This document shows, one piece after another, positions 22,491 through 33,277 of a stretch of DNA of 64,000 nt. The notes under the pieces were generated by a model. It saw only the letters and a list, made by a program, of their open reading frames with translations. It had not been told where the DNA came from and made no database searches. A program made the translations under genes and the position numbers. Origin of the DNA: Gammaproteobacteria bacterium (GTDB lineage: Bacteria > Pseudomonadota > Gammaproteobacteria > QZLD01); NCBI GenBank assembly GCA_033852155.1, contig JAWSVA010000010.1, positions 65,412 to 129,411 on the forward strand, written 5' to 3'. The first letter of the stretch is position 1. Each line of letters opens with the position of its first letter.

Positions 22491-22550
22491 GCTAGTTATT
22501 TCAAACTAATAAAGCTGAATTTCACTTCACTCAGCAAGTTGTTATATGAC

Positions 22551-24206
22551 TTATTCAGTAAACTTAACTATGCAATTTCTGCCACGCTCTTTGGCTCTAT
22601 AAAGAGCTTTATCTGCCTCTAAGGCCATATCGACAGCATCTTTGCATTCTGGAAAAGTTGCAATTCCAGCACTAAATGATACGGTAAACTCCCCTTTTGA
22701 AGAGTGCTGTTTTATCGCCTCAAAATTTTCTCTTATCTCGTCAAGAACCTGAAAGGCAAATTCCTCATCAGCATCTGGCAGTACAACAGCGAACTCCTCA
22801 CCACCATAGCGCCCAATATAATCAGATTTTCTAAGTCTTTGCTGAAGTACGCGAGCCACGCTTTTAATCACACGGTCACCAACATGATGCCCATATGTAT
22901 CGTTGACAGATTTAAAGTGGTCAATATCTATCATTGCAAAGGTTAGTGAACCATTCTTACGCACTGCTCTGGCAACTTCATGAGTCAACTGGTCTTTAAT
23001 TCTGGTGTGGTTTAATAATCCGGTGAGATTATCTGTAACCATAAAGGTACGTAGGATTCTTGCTCTCTCAGCTCTAATTGCAACAGAGCGGATTAAGTGA
23101 GGTGGATTTATAGGTTTGGTAAGAAAATCATCGCCACCAAGGCTCATCGCATCAAGTTGACGTTCAATCTCTGTTTCTGCAGACAAGAATACTATTGGAA
23201 TACTTGCATAAGCAGGGAACTGTCTAATCACTTTAGCCAATTCCATACCACTACATTTTGGCATATACATATCCATGAGGATCATGTCTGCAGATACATC
23301 TTCCATTACGGCTAAGATATCAAGAGGGTCATTTATTACACTGGTTTCCATCCCTGCACGTTCAAGAATAGATGAGTAATAAAGCGATTGGGTTGCGCTA
23401 TCTTCAACAATAACTATATGTAGAGGGTCTACTTGCTCCTCTCCAGTTAGCTTATCTAGCTGGTCAATCATTTCATGCACATTAAGTGGTTTTACAAAAT
23501 ATGCATCAGCTCCAGATCTTGCAGCTGTTAAACGATGTTCAATATCATCATCATCTGATAGGAATACAATTGGTAAGTCGTCGTGGGTAATCTTACGAAT
23601 CTGGTCTGCCGCTTCTGCAGGGGATATGATCATCCCTGGGATGTTTACCGACATAATAATCACATCAGGAATATTATCAGTACTTAGCTCTTCAAATAGA
23701 TTTATATATGAATCAAACAGAGAGATATTATATCCAAAATGGGTAACTTGATCTGCAACCTCTTCATATAAAGCACGATCATTCTCTAACAGAAATACTT
23801 TGTAATTATTTACACGTAATTTAGAAACATTAAATTCTTGGCTTTTCCAATCAGAGTCGTCAATTTCTTCCAGCTCTACCTCTTTCAAAGCTCCAAGATA
23901 GTCTGCAAATACTTCATTTAACTCTTCACCTATAGATTCACCACCTTCTACCACAGGTAAAAGAGCCACATCTATAATTCTGGCTAATTCACTTACTTGA
24001 TGGAATTTAAGTGCCACACCTGAAGCTGCTAGATCATGTACTAATCTATGCATTGCATGCACAGACTCTCTTGAGCCTGTTTTTCTGACATTTAACCAGC
24101 AGAATTCAATATCAGCCACCTTCGCAGGCAACTCATCACGAAATTTCTTTCTTAGTATTTGTAATTTCTGATTTTGACTTAAATCAGTGTTGTTCATAAC
24201 AACCAT
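22551..24206 (-). CDS. response regulator with pseudo-receiver + receiver + GGDEF diguanylate cyclase (PleD-like)
   Basis: C-terminal GGDEF domain with an intact GGEEF active site (RYGGEEF). The preceding REC has the phospho-Asp context (ILMDMYMP). An upstream REC-like domain has Ser in place of the acceptor Asp (IIMSVNIP). The N-terminal ~130 aa may be HPt-like (HRLVHDLAASG). The start codon is uncertain (Met at 24206 or 24197). Confidence 0.75.
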   Translation of the reverse strand: MVVMNNTDLSQNQKLQILRKKFRDELPAKVADIEFCWLNVRKTGSRESVHAMHRLVHDLAASGVALKFHQVSELARIIDVALLPVVEGGESIGEELNEVFADYLGALKEVELEEIDDSDWKSQEFNVSKLRVNNYKVFLLENDRALYEEVADQVTHFGYNISLFDSYINLFEELSTDNIPDVIIMSVNIPGMIISPAEAADQIRKITHDDLPIVFLSDDDDIEHRLTAARSGADAYFVKPLNVHEMIDQLDKLTGEEQVDPLHIVIVEDSATQSLYYSSILERAGMETSVINDPLDILAVMEDVSADMILMDMYMPKCSGMELAKVIRQFPAYASIPIVFLSAETEIERQLDAMSLGGDDFLTKPINPPHLIRSVAIRAERARILRTFMVTDNLTGLLNHTRIKDQLTHEVARAVRKNGSLTFAMIDIDHFKSVNDTYGHHVGDRVIKSVARVLQQRLRKSDYIGRYGGEEFAVVLPDADEEFAFQVLDEIRENFEAIKQHSSKGEFTVSFSAGIATFPECKDAVDMALEADKALYRAKERGRNCIVKFTE

Positions 24207-24624
24207 TATCCTAATACTTATATAATTGAACTTTAAACAAAATATTACCAAGCATAACCTGTTAGATAGTTTTCAAAAAATCACTAACTTAGCTTTTAAA
24301 GTAAGGATAGCAGACAATAATTTATTTAGGCGATTACATACATCGAATGAATCACACTTTACTTGAATTTAAATTTATTTATATTTTTACGGCCTCAGAA
24401 ATACTGGTAAAATGAACCACTTCACACTTTTGGTGCAAGTATAAAAAAATATTTTTATTATTCTAAGTTATTTGCGATATTGCTTCTATAATTACCATTA
24501 TAAGTAAGCAACAAGGAGTTGTGCCATCAGGTTGTAGAAGCTTTGAATAATTTTTAAAATGATCTAACTATAGGTTTTTTAAACTTTACAATGAGAATAG
24601 CAATGGTGGCAAATAAAGATACCG

Positions 24625-26103
24625 ATGGGAAACTCAGTGATATCTAAACTAACATGCGGAATTATTGCCGGAAAGAAGAAAGATAAGAGCGAAAAATATA
24701 ATTTCGATCCTGATATTGTTATGGCCGCATTACAGAAAACAGCTGGAAGTGTTGGTAGTCTAGGCACTGAAGTTGTTGATATTGCCGGCAGAATTGAAAG
24801 TCTTGATGTGAAAATCAAGCATGAAGGGGAGATGTTTGGAAAGCTATTAGAGATCTCTAGCATCTTGATGGATAGCAATAAACGAGTCGAATCTTCAGTG
24901 CAGAAAGCAAAAAACCTTACCGCTTCTGCTAATCATAATATTGAAGCATCTAAAGGTACAATCGATTCATCCCTCTCGGATATAGTTACCCTTACCGAAT
25001 CCGTTACCAAAAGCTCTGACCAACTTGAAGAATTAAGCGATTCTCTTAAAGAGGTTCGCAAAATTGCAGTTACCATTAGCTCTATTGCCAAACAAACTAA
25101 CCTTCTTGCTCTCAATGCAACTATTGAAGCATCAAGAGCAGGAGAAGCTGGTCGTGGTTTTGCTGTTGTTGCTGAAGAGGTTAAAAACCTAGCTAAAAAA
25201 ACTGCTGATTCTACTATACAAATTAGCTCTACCCTTTCAACCCTAAGTAAAACAATTGAAACCTTGATTGACCAAGGTAACGAAAATAAAACAACCGCTG
25301 AAGATGTACGTCAAGGTACCACTCAGATTCAGAAAGTTATTGAAGAAATTGGTTCTACAGTTGCCCAAATTGATGAAGAAACAATTATGATCGTTGATGC
25401 TGTAGGCGAAATTGACGAGCAATGTGAAAAAACTGTAGACGGGTTAAATGATCTAACTACTGATGTGCAAGATGCGACACAAACTGTAAATAAAGCTCGT
25501 GAGCGAGCCACTACCCTTAGATCATGGACTGAAGAGTTAATCCGTTATACGGTTGTTCCCGGTGTTGTTACCGTTGACACTCCAATGATTGAAATGGTCA
25601 AAATGAAGGGTAAAGAAATAGAAAAGCTACTTGAAGGGGCAATCACAAAAGGGCTGCTGAGTGAGCAAGATATATTTGACCATAACTACGAACCTATACC
25701 ACATACTAATCCGCAGCATTTTATGACTCGCTATACCGATTTCTGCGGGAAAAACTTACCTGGAATTCAGGAGCCTGCACTAGAAAATGAAAGAGTTACC
25801 GCCTGTGTAACAGTTGATATTAATGGATATATGCCAAGACATATGAACTTTAGATCGCACCCACAAAGACCAGATGACCCAGAATGGAATAAAACCAACA
25901 GTCGTTACAGAATGATGTTTAATGACCCAGTTGGCATAGCTGCAGCAAGAAATACCAAACCTTTTCTACTACAAACTTATAGAGCACCGCTTGGAAAAGG
26001 GGAATATGCCTTAGTAAAAGACTGCTCTGTTCCTGTATATGTTAATGGCAAACATTGGGGCGCAATAAGGCTGACTTATGATCTAAAAGTTACTCACGAT
26101 TAG
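24625..26103 (+). CDS. soluble MCP-signalling-domain protein with conserved uncharacterised C-terminal domain (paralog 1)
   Basis: No TM segment. Methyl-accepting signalling-domain tip ([36 protein letters not shown]). C-terminal ~190 aa carries the motifs DTPMI, LFDxNYEPIP, [19 protein letters not shown] and NGKHWG shared with paralogs 2 and 4. Confidence 0.75.
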   Translation: MGNSVISKLTCGIIAGKKKDKSEKYNFDPDIVMAALQKTAGSVGSLGTEVVDIAGRIESLDVKIKHEGEMFGKLLEISSILMDSNKRVESSVQKAKNLTASANHNIEASKGTIDSSLSDIVTLTESVTKSSDQLEELSDSLKEVRKIAVTISSIAKQTNLLALNATIEASRAGEAGRGFAVVAEEVKNLAKKTADSTIQISSTLSTLSKTIETLIDQGNENKTTAEDVRQGTTQIQKVIEEIGSTVAQIDEETIMIVDAVGEIDEQCEKTVDGLNDLTTDVQDATQTVNKARERATTLRSWTEELIRYTVVPGVVTVDTPMIEMVKMKGKEIEKLLEGAITKGLLSEQDIFDHNYEPIPHTNPQHFMTRYTDFCGKNLPGIQEPALENERVTACVTVDINGYMPRHMNFRSHPQRPDDPEWNKTNSRYRMMFNDPVGIAAARNTKPFLLQTYRAPLGKGEYALVKDCSVPVYVNGKHWGAIRLTYDLKVTHD

Positions 26104-26171
26104 ACCTTAAATTATTCTTAATTTTATACTTTACTGATGTTTGTGTTTTTAATTAAGCACAAAAGGATAAA

Positions 26172-27572
26172 TTGGTAGCACAACTAATGAGTAACCCCGA
26201 ACTATTATCCACCATTCATAAAATTGCAGTAGCATCTGGAAAACTCGGCGTCCAAATTGTAGAGATGGCTGGCAATCTTGATACAACAACCATTCAAATC
26301 TCTGAAAAAGCTAAAAGTTTGCGTGAATTTGAAACCATATCATCCAAACTTTTAAGAAGTAATTCTGATATAGGCAGTGCAGCATCAAGCATTACCGGCG
26401 CTATAAATATTGCCTCCAGCAAAATCATTGTATCTGATGAAACCATCCGTGAATCACTAAATTCATTATCATCACTTACATCTTCCGTTGGTGATTTAGG
26501 CAGTCAAATCACAAGTTTCAAAGATTCTATGGATAAAGTTGGTAGCATTGCCAAAAAAATTGGCTCTATTGCTAAACAAACAAATCTACTTGCTCTTAAT
26601 GCTACCATTGAGGCTGTTCGCGCTGGCGGGAGAGGGAAAGGATTTGCTGTTGTAGCAGATGAGGTAAAAGCTTTATCCAAACAAGCATCAGATGCAGCAG
26701 CTGACATTGATAAAACTCTTGGAGATCTTGATACGATAACTAATAGATTAACTAATAAAGGGGAAATTTGCGCAGACCTTTCAGGTAAATTTGGCTCTAA
26801 AACTTCAGAAATTACAGCCATGTCTTCTCATGTAAAAGACATGATAAATTCTATTGACGGCGTATCGCAAAATATCACTTCATCGGTTAATGAAATCGAT
26901 AACGTCACCTCCTCTGCTGCCACTGAGATGGGCAAGCTTGTTGATAATTCAATTGCTACAAGCGAAGAACTTGAGCAGTCAAAACCTGCACTTGAAAATC
27001 TTTTAATAAACGCTCAAGAACTGGTCGGGCTAACTGCTATTGATGGCATTGAAACCATTGACACACCATATATAAATCTTGCTATTGAGCTTGCACAACG
27101 AGCGCAGAAAACCTTTGAGCAATGCATTAAAAGAAAAGAGGTGGATGAGAGGGTTTTGTTTGATTTTAGCTATGAAACCATTCCAGGCACGAACCCAACA
27201 CAGTATAAAGCCACTTTCCTAGAAACCACTGATGAATATTTTACAGATTTTCAAGAAGAGATAGCAAAGAAACTCCCAAATATCGTCGCTTCAGTTTGTT
27301 GTGATATAAATGGCTATATTGGAACGCATATGAAGGCCGTGTCCCAACCACCGACTGACGACCCAGAGTGGAATGCGCAACATTGCAGAAATAGAAAAGT
27401 TTATAATGATCCTGTTGGAATTAAATCTGCCAGAAACCAGGCAAAATCCCTACTTCAAATATACCGCCGAGACCAAGGAGCGGGAGAGTTTCTAATAGTT
27501 AAAGAAGCGACGGCCCCTATTCATATTTTTGGGCGCCACTGGGGTGCCGCTAGAATTAATTATACATCTTAA
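26172..27572 (+). CDS. soluble MCP-signalling-domain protein with the same C-terminal domain (paralog 2)
   Basis: MCP hairpin tip ([36 protein letters not shown]). C-terminal domain with DTPYI, LFDFSYETIPGTNP, DINGY, PTDDPEWN, NDPVG and GRHWG. Confidence 0.75.
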   Translation: MVAQLMSNPELLSTIHKIAVASGKLGVQIVEMAGNLDTTTIQISEKAKSLREFETISSKLLRSNSDIGSAASSITGAINIASSKIIVSDETIRESLNSLSSLTSSVGDLGSQITSFKDSMDKVGSIAKKIGSIAKQTNLLALNATIEAVRAGGRGKGFAVVADEVKALSKQASDAAADIDKTLGDLDTITNRLTNKGEICADLSGKFGSKTSEITAMSSHVKDMINSIDGVSQNITSSVNEIDNVTSSAATEMGKLVDNSIATSEELEQSKPALENLLINAQELVGLTAIDGIETIDTPYINLAIELAQRAQKTFEQCIKRKEVDERVLFDFSYETIPGTNPTQYKATFLETTDEYFTDFQEEIAKKLPNIVASVCCDINGYIGTHMKAVSQPPTDDPEWNAQHCRNRKVYNDPVGIKSARNQAKSLLQIYRRDQGAGEFLIVKEATAPIHIFGRHWGAARINYTS

Positions 27573-27591
27573 CTTATCAAGGATAGATTAG

Positions 27592-28509
27592 ATGTTTTTT
27601 CAAAAAAAAGCTGCAAAATCAAAGTCTGGCGTCAATGATGACCAATTAAATATCTATACTCGAATTATTAGGAATACGATTTCTCAAAGTGATGTTATCG
27701 AGAAACAGATACGCAATACTGAAACAAGAGTACTTTCAGCGATTGACAAAACAGAACAGGAAAAAATTCTTCTTGATGAGTTAACGCATAACTCTCAACA
27801 GGCAATTGATGCAATCAACTCTATTAAACACCATACAGATGAATCATCCGCTATATCAGAATCCTCTCTGCATGAAATAATGGGAACAAAAACTGACATC
27901 CATAAGTCACTTGATGCAATACAACTTCTAGTTGAAGCATCATTTGAGATTCAAGATGACCTGTTTGCGATATCAACAACTTTAAAGCGAATAGGCAAAG
28001 TTGCAGCAGGAATCAATAATATTGCCAAGCAGACAAACCTATTAGCATTGAATGCCACTATTGAGGCTGCACGAGCAGGAGAATCTGGCATCGGCTTCGC
28101 TAATGTAGCTGAAGAGGTAAAAAACCTCTCTAATGAAACGTCAAAAGCTACTATTGAAATTGATTCCATCTTAAAAATACTTAATGGCCAGATTCAGCGC
28201 CTAATCGATGAAAGTGCTGAGGGTGCAGGTAAGCAAAAAGAGCTAGATATCTGTCGCAAATCTATCGACAATATTTATGATTCTTTAAAAATGACTATAG
28301 AAACTGTCTCCTCTGCTTCCGGAGTAATAGGTAGAAATACCGATGATGTTGCAAGCCAGTGCAACTTTACTATTGAAAAACTTAATGGCCTAAAAGAAGA
28401 GTCAAATAGCTCTCTAGAATCACTTATGGTTGCCAAGAAAAACTCTAATATGCTTGTTCATGAATCCACTCAACTCATTGAACAATCAAAAGCAAAAACT
28501 GAAAACTAA
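27592..28509 (+). CDS. soluble MCP-signalling-domain-only protein (paralog 3, lacks the C-terminal domain)
   Basis: 305 aa, MCP tip ([36 protein letters not shown]), no TM and no C-terminal extension. Confidence 0.7.
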   Translation: MFFQKKAAKSKSGVNDDQLNIYTRIIRNTISQSDVIEKQIRNTETRVLSAIDKTEQEKILLDELTHNSQQAIDAINSIKHHTDESSAISESSLHEIMGTKTDIHKSLDAIQLLVEASFEIQDDLFAISTTLKRIGKVAAGINNIAKQTNLLALNATIEAARAGESGIGFANVAEEVKNLSNETSKATIEIDSILKILNGQIQRLIDESAEGAGKQKELDICRKSIDNIYDSLKMTIETVSSASGVIGRNTDDVASQCNFTIEKLNGLKEESNSSLESLMVAKKNSNMLVHESTQLIEQSKAKTEN

Positions 28510-28644
28510 CACACAAAAGAAGCATAACATCGACTAGTTCTCGTTTTTCGGTTTTTTATCCAAATTTTATGGCAGTATTATTAGAACTAATTTCTTATAT
28601 GCTAGAATGAATTAAAGTTAAAATTATAAATTAGTTATATATGG

Positions 28645-30261
28645 ATGCACGTTTGGCTACATGGTGCATTAATTAATCAAACAAAAACAAATAAAGTAAT
28701 GGCTATGGTCTGGAATTTTCGTAAAAAAAATAATGACATGATAAAAAAGCGTGATTTCGATGTAGATGAACTACTCGACTCTATGCAAAAGACAGCAGAA
28801 GGTGTTGGAGAGCTTACCCTTGAGATTGTCGGAATATCTGGACGTGTTGACTCTCTGAGCCAGCAGGTTGATAACGAAGCAAAAATGTTTAATGATCTTA
28901 AAGACAATGCTAATTCAATGATTCAAAGCAACCACACTGTGAATGATTCAGTTAATATGACTAAAGGTGTCATAGTTAATGCAATAGATCATATCCAAGA
29001 ATCAAAAGTAACTATTAGTAGCTCTATCCATAATATTAAAGGGTTATCTGAATCTGTTACTGAAAGCAGCACAGAACTTATAAAACTTAGCTCTGCCCTA
29101 CGCCAGGTTAAAAAGATTACATCTACTATCGCTTCCATTTCAAAGCAAACAAATTTACTTGCACTAAATGCAACTATTGAAGCATCAAGAGCTGGTGAAG
29201 CTGGTAGAGGATTTGCTGTAGTAGCTGATGAAGTAAAATCTCTTTCTAAGAAAGCAGGTGAAGCAACATCAGAAATTTCAGTAACAATTAATGCACTTTC
29301 AAACCAGATTGAATCTCTGGTTAAAATGAGTGAGATTAATAATCAAAAAGCTGATTCTGTGAAAGATGACGCTCAAATGATTGATAATGCAATCACCTCA
29401 CTTGAGCACGATATAAATGAAATAGATGAAAATTCATCTAATATTGTTGCTGCAGCCTCAGATATTGAACAGCAATGTAATTTAACCGTTGATGGCCTTA
29501 ATAACCTTACAGAAGATGTCGAACAAGCTAGTGACACCTTTGGAAAGACAAAGGGGCGTATTAATGCTCTACGCAATAAAATTGAAGATATTGTAAGGCA
29601 TACGTTAGTTGATGGCGTTGAAACCATCGATACTCCAATGATTAATACCTGTAAAGGTCTTGCACAAGATGTAACCAACCTATTTGAAGGTGCCATCAAA
29701 AATGGGCAGATAGAAGAGTCTGACCTATTTGACTTTAACTATGTGGAGATACCAGGAACTAACCCGGTTCAATACAACACCAAATTTGTGCAATTTTGTG
29801 ATAGATCGCTTCCAGGGATTCAGCAACCTGTTCTTGAAGGTGATAATAAAAGAATTGCTACCTGTACGGTTACTGACATTAATGGCTTTATCCCCAGACA
29901 TATTAATGCAAGACACAATCCTCAACGCCCTGAGGACCCAGCGTGGAATAACTTAAACTGCCGCAGTATGAGAATATACAACGATCCATCAGGTATGAAT
30001 GCAGCAAAAAACAGAAATAAATTCCTATTACAAACTTATAGAATCCCCTACCTTGGTGGACAATTTGCCGTACTTAAAGACTGCTCATCACCCGTATATA
30101 TCAACGGCAAGCATTGGGGTTGCATGCGCATCACTTATGACATACAAGTTACCGATGAAGAGGGTAATGACATAATGAATACTGAAGCATTTAAACAAGT
30201 GCTAAAACAAGATAATTACCTAAAAGATAATGCGGACAAGGTTAAACTATCAAATAATTAG
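28645..30261 (+). CDS. soluble MCP-signalling-domain protein with the conserved C-terminal domain (paralog 4)
   Basis: MCP tip ([36 protein letters not shown]). C-terminal domain with [41 protein letters not shown] and NGKHWG. Start uncertain (several in-frame Met at 28645-28738). Confidence 0.75.
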   Translation: MHVWLHGALINQTKTNKVMAMVWNFRKKNNDMIKKRDFDVDELLDSMQKTAEGVGELTLEIVGISGRVDSLSQQVDNEAKMFNDLKDNANSMIQSNHTVNDSVNMTKGVIVNAIDHIQESKVTISSSIHNIKGLSESVTESSTELIKLSSALRQVKKITSTIASISKQTNLLALNATIEASRAGEAGRGFAVVADEVKSLSKKAGEATSEISVTINALSNQIESLVKMSEINNQKADSVKDDAQMIDNAITSLEHDINEIDENSSNIVAAASDIEQQCNLTVDGLNNLTEDVEQASDTFGKTKGRINALRNKIEDIVRHTLVDGVETIDTPMINTCKGLAQDVTNLFEGAIKNGQIEESDLFDFNYVEIPGTNPVQYNTKFVQFCDRSLPGIQQPVLEGDNKRIATCTVTDINGFIPRHINARHNPQRPEDPAWNNLNCRSMRIYNDPSGMNAAKNRNKFLLQTYRIPYLGGQFAVLKDCSSPVYINGKHWGCMRITYDIQVTDEEGNDIMNTEAFKQVLKQDNYLKDNADKVKLSNN

Positions 30262-30354
30262 TCAACCAATAATCGCAGTAAAATTACTTAATTTGCGATA
30301 GTAAACTCATCATGAGAAATATATAATCCCCTTTCAATCTAGGGGATTATATTT

Positions 30355-30687
30355 ATGAAACTTACTAAACTACTTTTAATAACATTTTCTATTTGCTTTC
30401 TTGCTGCTTGTTCTGATGGTCCATCAGAATCAGATATTGAATCAGTAATGCAAAAAAACTTCGACGACTTTAACGAATTAGTCCCTGCAGGTTTGGGCAC
30501 AAACATGAAGTTCGAGATCCATGAAATCATAAGCCATGGTTGTGAAAAGAAGCCTGATAACATATATGTATGTGATATTGAGGTTGATATGAGCGCACCG
30601 ATGATTGGCAGAAGAAAAGACAGGAGCAAAGTCGACTTCATTAAGAAAGATGGCAATTGGCAGACAACAGCTCAGTTTAAACCATAG
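30355..30687 (+). CDS. small lipoprotein, function unknown
   Basis: 110 aa with a signal peptide and lipobox (FLAAC). RBS-like GGGGATT upstream. Confidence 0.5.
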   Translation: MKLTKLLLITFSICFLAACSDGPSESDIESVMQKNFDDFNELVPAGLGTNMKFEIHEIISHGCEKKPDNIYVCDIEVDMSAPMIGRRKDRSKVDFIKKDGNWQTTAQFKP

Positions 30688-30844
30688 CCACACTTACACC
30701 ATTGAATAAATTGGCTCCATAAACAAATTGGCTCCGTGAGCAAATAGCACGACCTGATGATTAATACGTTTGGGCACAGAATATTGTGCTCAAGCTTAAC
30801 AAACCAATATACACCCCTCCCTTACCATACAAGACCATCTAGAT

Positions 30845-31729
30845 TTATTCAGATGCTTCCTGCAATAATTCAAGCATCACATTAGCCGCGTTAGATATAG
30901 TTCTGGACTTATTTAACACCACTCCAAGTTTTCGCTGCATTGGATGTTTTATTGGAATTGCACATACATCAGCCCCTGCTGCATTAGCACCTATCATTGT
31001 GCGCGGTAGAACGCTCCAGCCTAGCCCAATTGATACCATTTTTCTAATGGTCTCAAGATAATTGGTCTCAATATTTATATCGATGCTTAAGCTCTCTTTA
31101 ATGAATAGTTCTTCAACAATTGAGCGGGTGAATGTATTTTTTGCAGGAAGTATGGCCGTAATATCCACAAGATCCTGCAAAACTACCTTTTTCTTAGCTA
31201 GTAAAGGATGATTCTTACTAATCACAAATTCAAGTGGATCTTCCCACAGTTGAATTTGCTGAACATGGTCATTCTCATATGGAGGAAGGGTTACAATGCC
31301 GAGATCTAACTCTCCCCTCTCTACGCTAGAATAAACTTCTTCAGAACCAATAAAGCTTATCTGTGGACGCACGTTCGGGTATGAATCTATATATGATTGC
31401 AAAATCTTAGGAAGGCGATGTAATCCAATATGATGACTTGTTCCCATAGATAGGGTGCCGGCAACATTGTCATTTAAATTGCTTATAGCTTTTTTAGCGT
31501 CTTCAACTTGCTCAAGAATATGTCTTGCACGTTTGTATAGCTCTTCACCCTGAGAAGTTAATAGCGCAGAATGACCTGAACGATCTAGTAGCTTTGCATC
31601 TAAAAAAACTTCTAAGGCCTTAATCCTCTTACTAACGGCAGGCTGAGTTATAAACAACTGCTCAGCAGCCCGTGAAAAAGATTTGGTATCAGCTACTGCT
31701 ACAAACGCTTTAAGACTTATATGGTCCAA
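30845..31729 (-). CDS. LysR-family transcriptional regulator
   Basis: 294 aa with an N-terminal wHTH (LKAFVAVADTKSFSRAAEQLFITQPAVSKRIKALE) and a C-terminal LysR substrate-binding domain. Confidence 0.85.
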   Translation of the reverse strand: MDHISLKAFVAVADTKSFSRAAEQLFITQPAVSKRIKALEVFLDAKLLDRSGHSALLTSQGEELYKRARHILEQVEDAKKAISNLNDNVAGTLSMGTSHHIGLHRLPKILQSYIDSYPNVRPQISFIGSEEVYSSVERGELDLGIVTLPPYENDHVQQIQLWEDPLEFVISKNHPLLAKKKVVLQDLVDITAILPAKNTFTRSIVEELFIKESLSIDINIETNYLETIRKMVSIGLGWSVLPRTMIGANAAGADVCAIPIKHPMQRKLGVVLNKSRTISNAANVMLELLQEASE

Positions 31730-31971
31730 AACCAGCCCCTCTAATTATTACCAATAGCTATTGAATTCAATGAAAACAATAAAACTTAGTTATTAACCAT
31801 CTAGTGTAATAACTTATGAATGCAAAATATATATCTAATGCAACAATGGTAATTAAAGATTTAACTCATCGATTATTTTTCTTGTTATCTCGGCAGCCCT
31901 ACCAACATAATCACCACTAGGTTTTTTGCACAAATCATTGCGCGAACCCAAATAATATATAGTTAAATTGG

Positions 31972-32496
31972 TTAAGCGTCAGTCTTATTCGACCTTGTAT
32001 TTATAATATCAAGAATCTCATCAAAATCACCATCAACACCAATAAGGTTGATATTGAATTGTTGAAAACCTAGTGATTTATTCGTTTTAAGAAGAAACCT
32101 TTTTACCAAGGTTTGATTATTGAGGTATTTCTGCGTATTTAGTTCATCGATATAAAGACAAATAAATGCGTTGTGCCTTATATGCTTAATCTCTGCCCCA
32201 TTAATATCACTCCATAGTATCTTGCCAACACCAATGGTTCGGTCTGTTATGCCATCTTCATCCATAGATATTCTTGGAGTATTATCCAAAATCTCTTTTA
32301 TACAGAATGGGATCCCAATACCAAAAAAACCTGCGGTAATAATACCACCCAATAGTTCAGCAGTATCTAAAATAATAAAGACACCAATTGCCACAAAAAT
32401 CAGTGATAAAAACAAGATGAAGATGTATTTAAGTTTTGAATTATAGTATTCGATTATTTCCATATTTTTGTGCTTTGTAGTTTCACGTGATTTCAA
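31972..32496 (-). CDS. membrane protein (2 TM near N-terminus), function unknown
   Basis: 174 aa with two predicted TM helices (FILFLSLIFVAIGVFIIL, GGIITAGFFGIGIPFCI) and a soluble C-terminal domain. Confidence 0.4.
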   Translation of the reverse strand: MKSRETTKHKNMEIIEYYNSKLKYIFILFLSLIFVAIGVFIILDTAELLGGIITAGFFGIGIPFCIKEILDNTPRISMDEDGITDRTIGVGKILWSDINGAEIKHIRHNAFICLYIDELNTQKYLNNQTLVKRFLLKTNKSLGFQQFNINLIGVDGDFDEILDIINTRSNKTDA

Positions 32497-32532
32497 ATAA
32501 AAGGTGTAGTTTAAACCTAATTGCGCCTTGCG

Positions 32533-32982
32533 CTATATATTCTGCGCCAAAATTCTATCTAAATGATTTGCAAATGCCTGCCTATCACTTTGGGACATCA
32601 CTGCCGGACCACCGCCCATCTCTACACCGCTAGCACGCATCGTATCCATAAAATCACGTATATTTAAGCGTTGCTTAATAGTATCAGCAGTATACATCTC
32701 TCCACGTGAGCTTAGTGCATGTACTCCATTATCCATCACTTCAGCAGCTAAAGGTATATCACTGGTAATCACTAAGTCACCAGCCTTTGCCCTTGCGACA
32801 ATTTCATTATCAGCAACATCAAATCCCTTTGGGACCTGCAGCATTTTAACATTAGGCATTTGTGGAATAGTTAAATATTGATTAGCCACAAGAGTTAAAC
32901 TCACCCCTGTTCTTTTAGCTGCACGAAATAAAATATCTTTGATTACCACGGGACAGGCATCTGCATCTACCCATATATGCAT
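32533..32982 (-). CDS. yaiI: YaiI/YqgV (UPF0178, DUF188) family protein
   Basis: 149 aa starting [22 protein letters not shown], characteristic of the YaiI family. Confidence 0.75.
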   Translation of the reverse strand: MHIWVDADACPVVIKDILFRAAKRTGVSLTLVANQYLTIPQMPNVKMLQVPKGFDVADNEIVARAKAGDLVITSDIPLAAEVMDNGVHALSSRGEMYTADTIKQRLNIRDFMDTMRASGVEMGGGPAVMSQSDRQAFANHLDRILAQNI

Positions 32983-33277
32983 ATGTAAAACCTTTAATTA
33001 AATTTCATAGATAATCAAAGTTTATCATGAGTAATTACTAATAATAGTTATTTAGTCGGTATTTTAATACATCCATATATATATGGATGTCCACAAAATG
33101 GCAGCACATAACAAATAATTCAACATATTCATATATGCCATAAGTCATGGTTTCAAAGCGTGACTTTTCACACTATTGCGCATCGCAACATTTAACTATT
33201 ATGCAGACTTGGACACTGAACAAACCGGTTGGTTGTTCACTTATTAAATGATTTTAAATTTTAAATGGGAAATTTTA

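Noticed and set aside
24579-24878. 99-aa minus-strand ORF across the start of MCP paralog 1
   Set aside because: It overlaps the promoter and start of a well-supported plus-strand gene, and has hydrophobic low-complexity sequence without signals.
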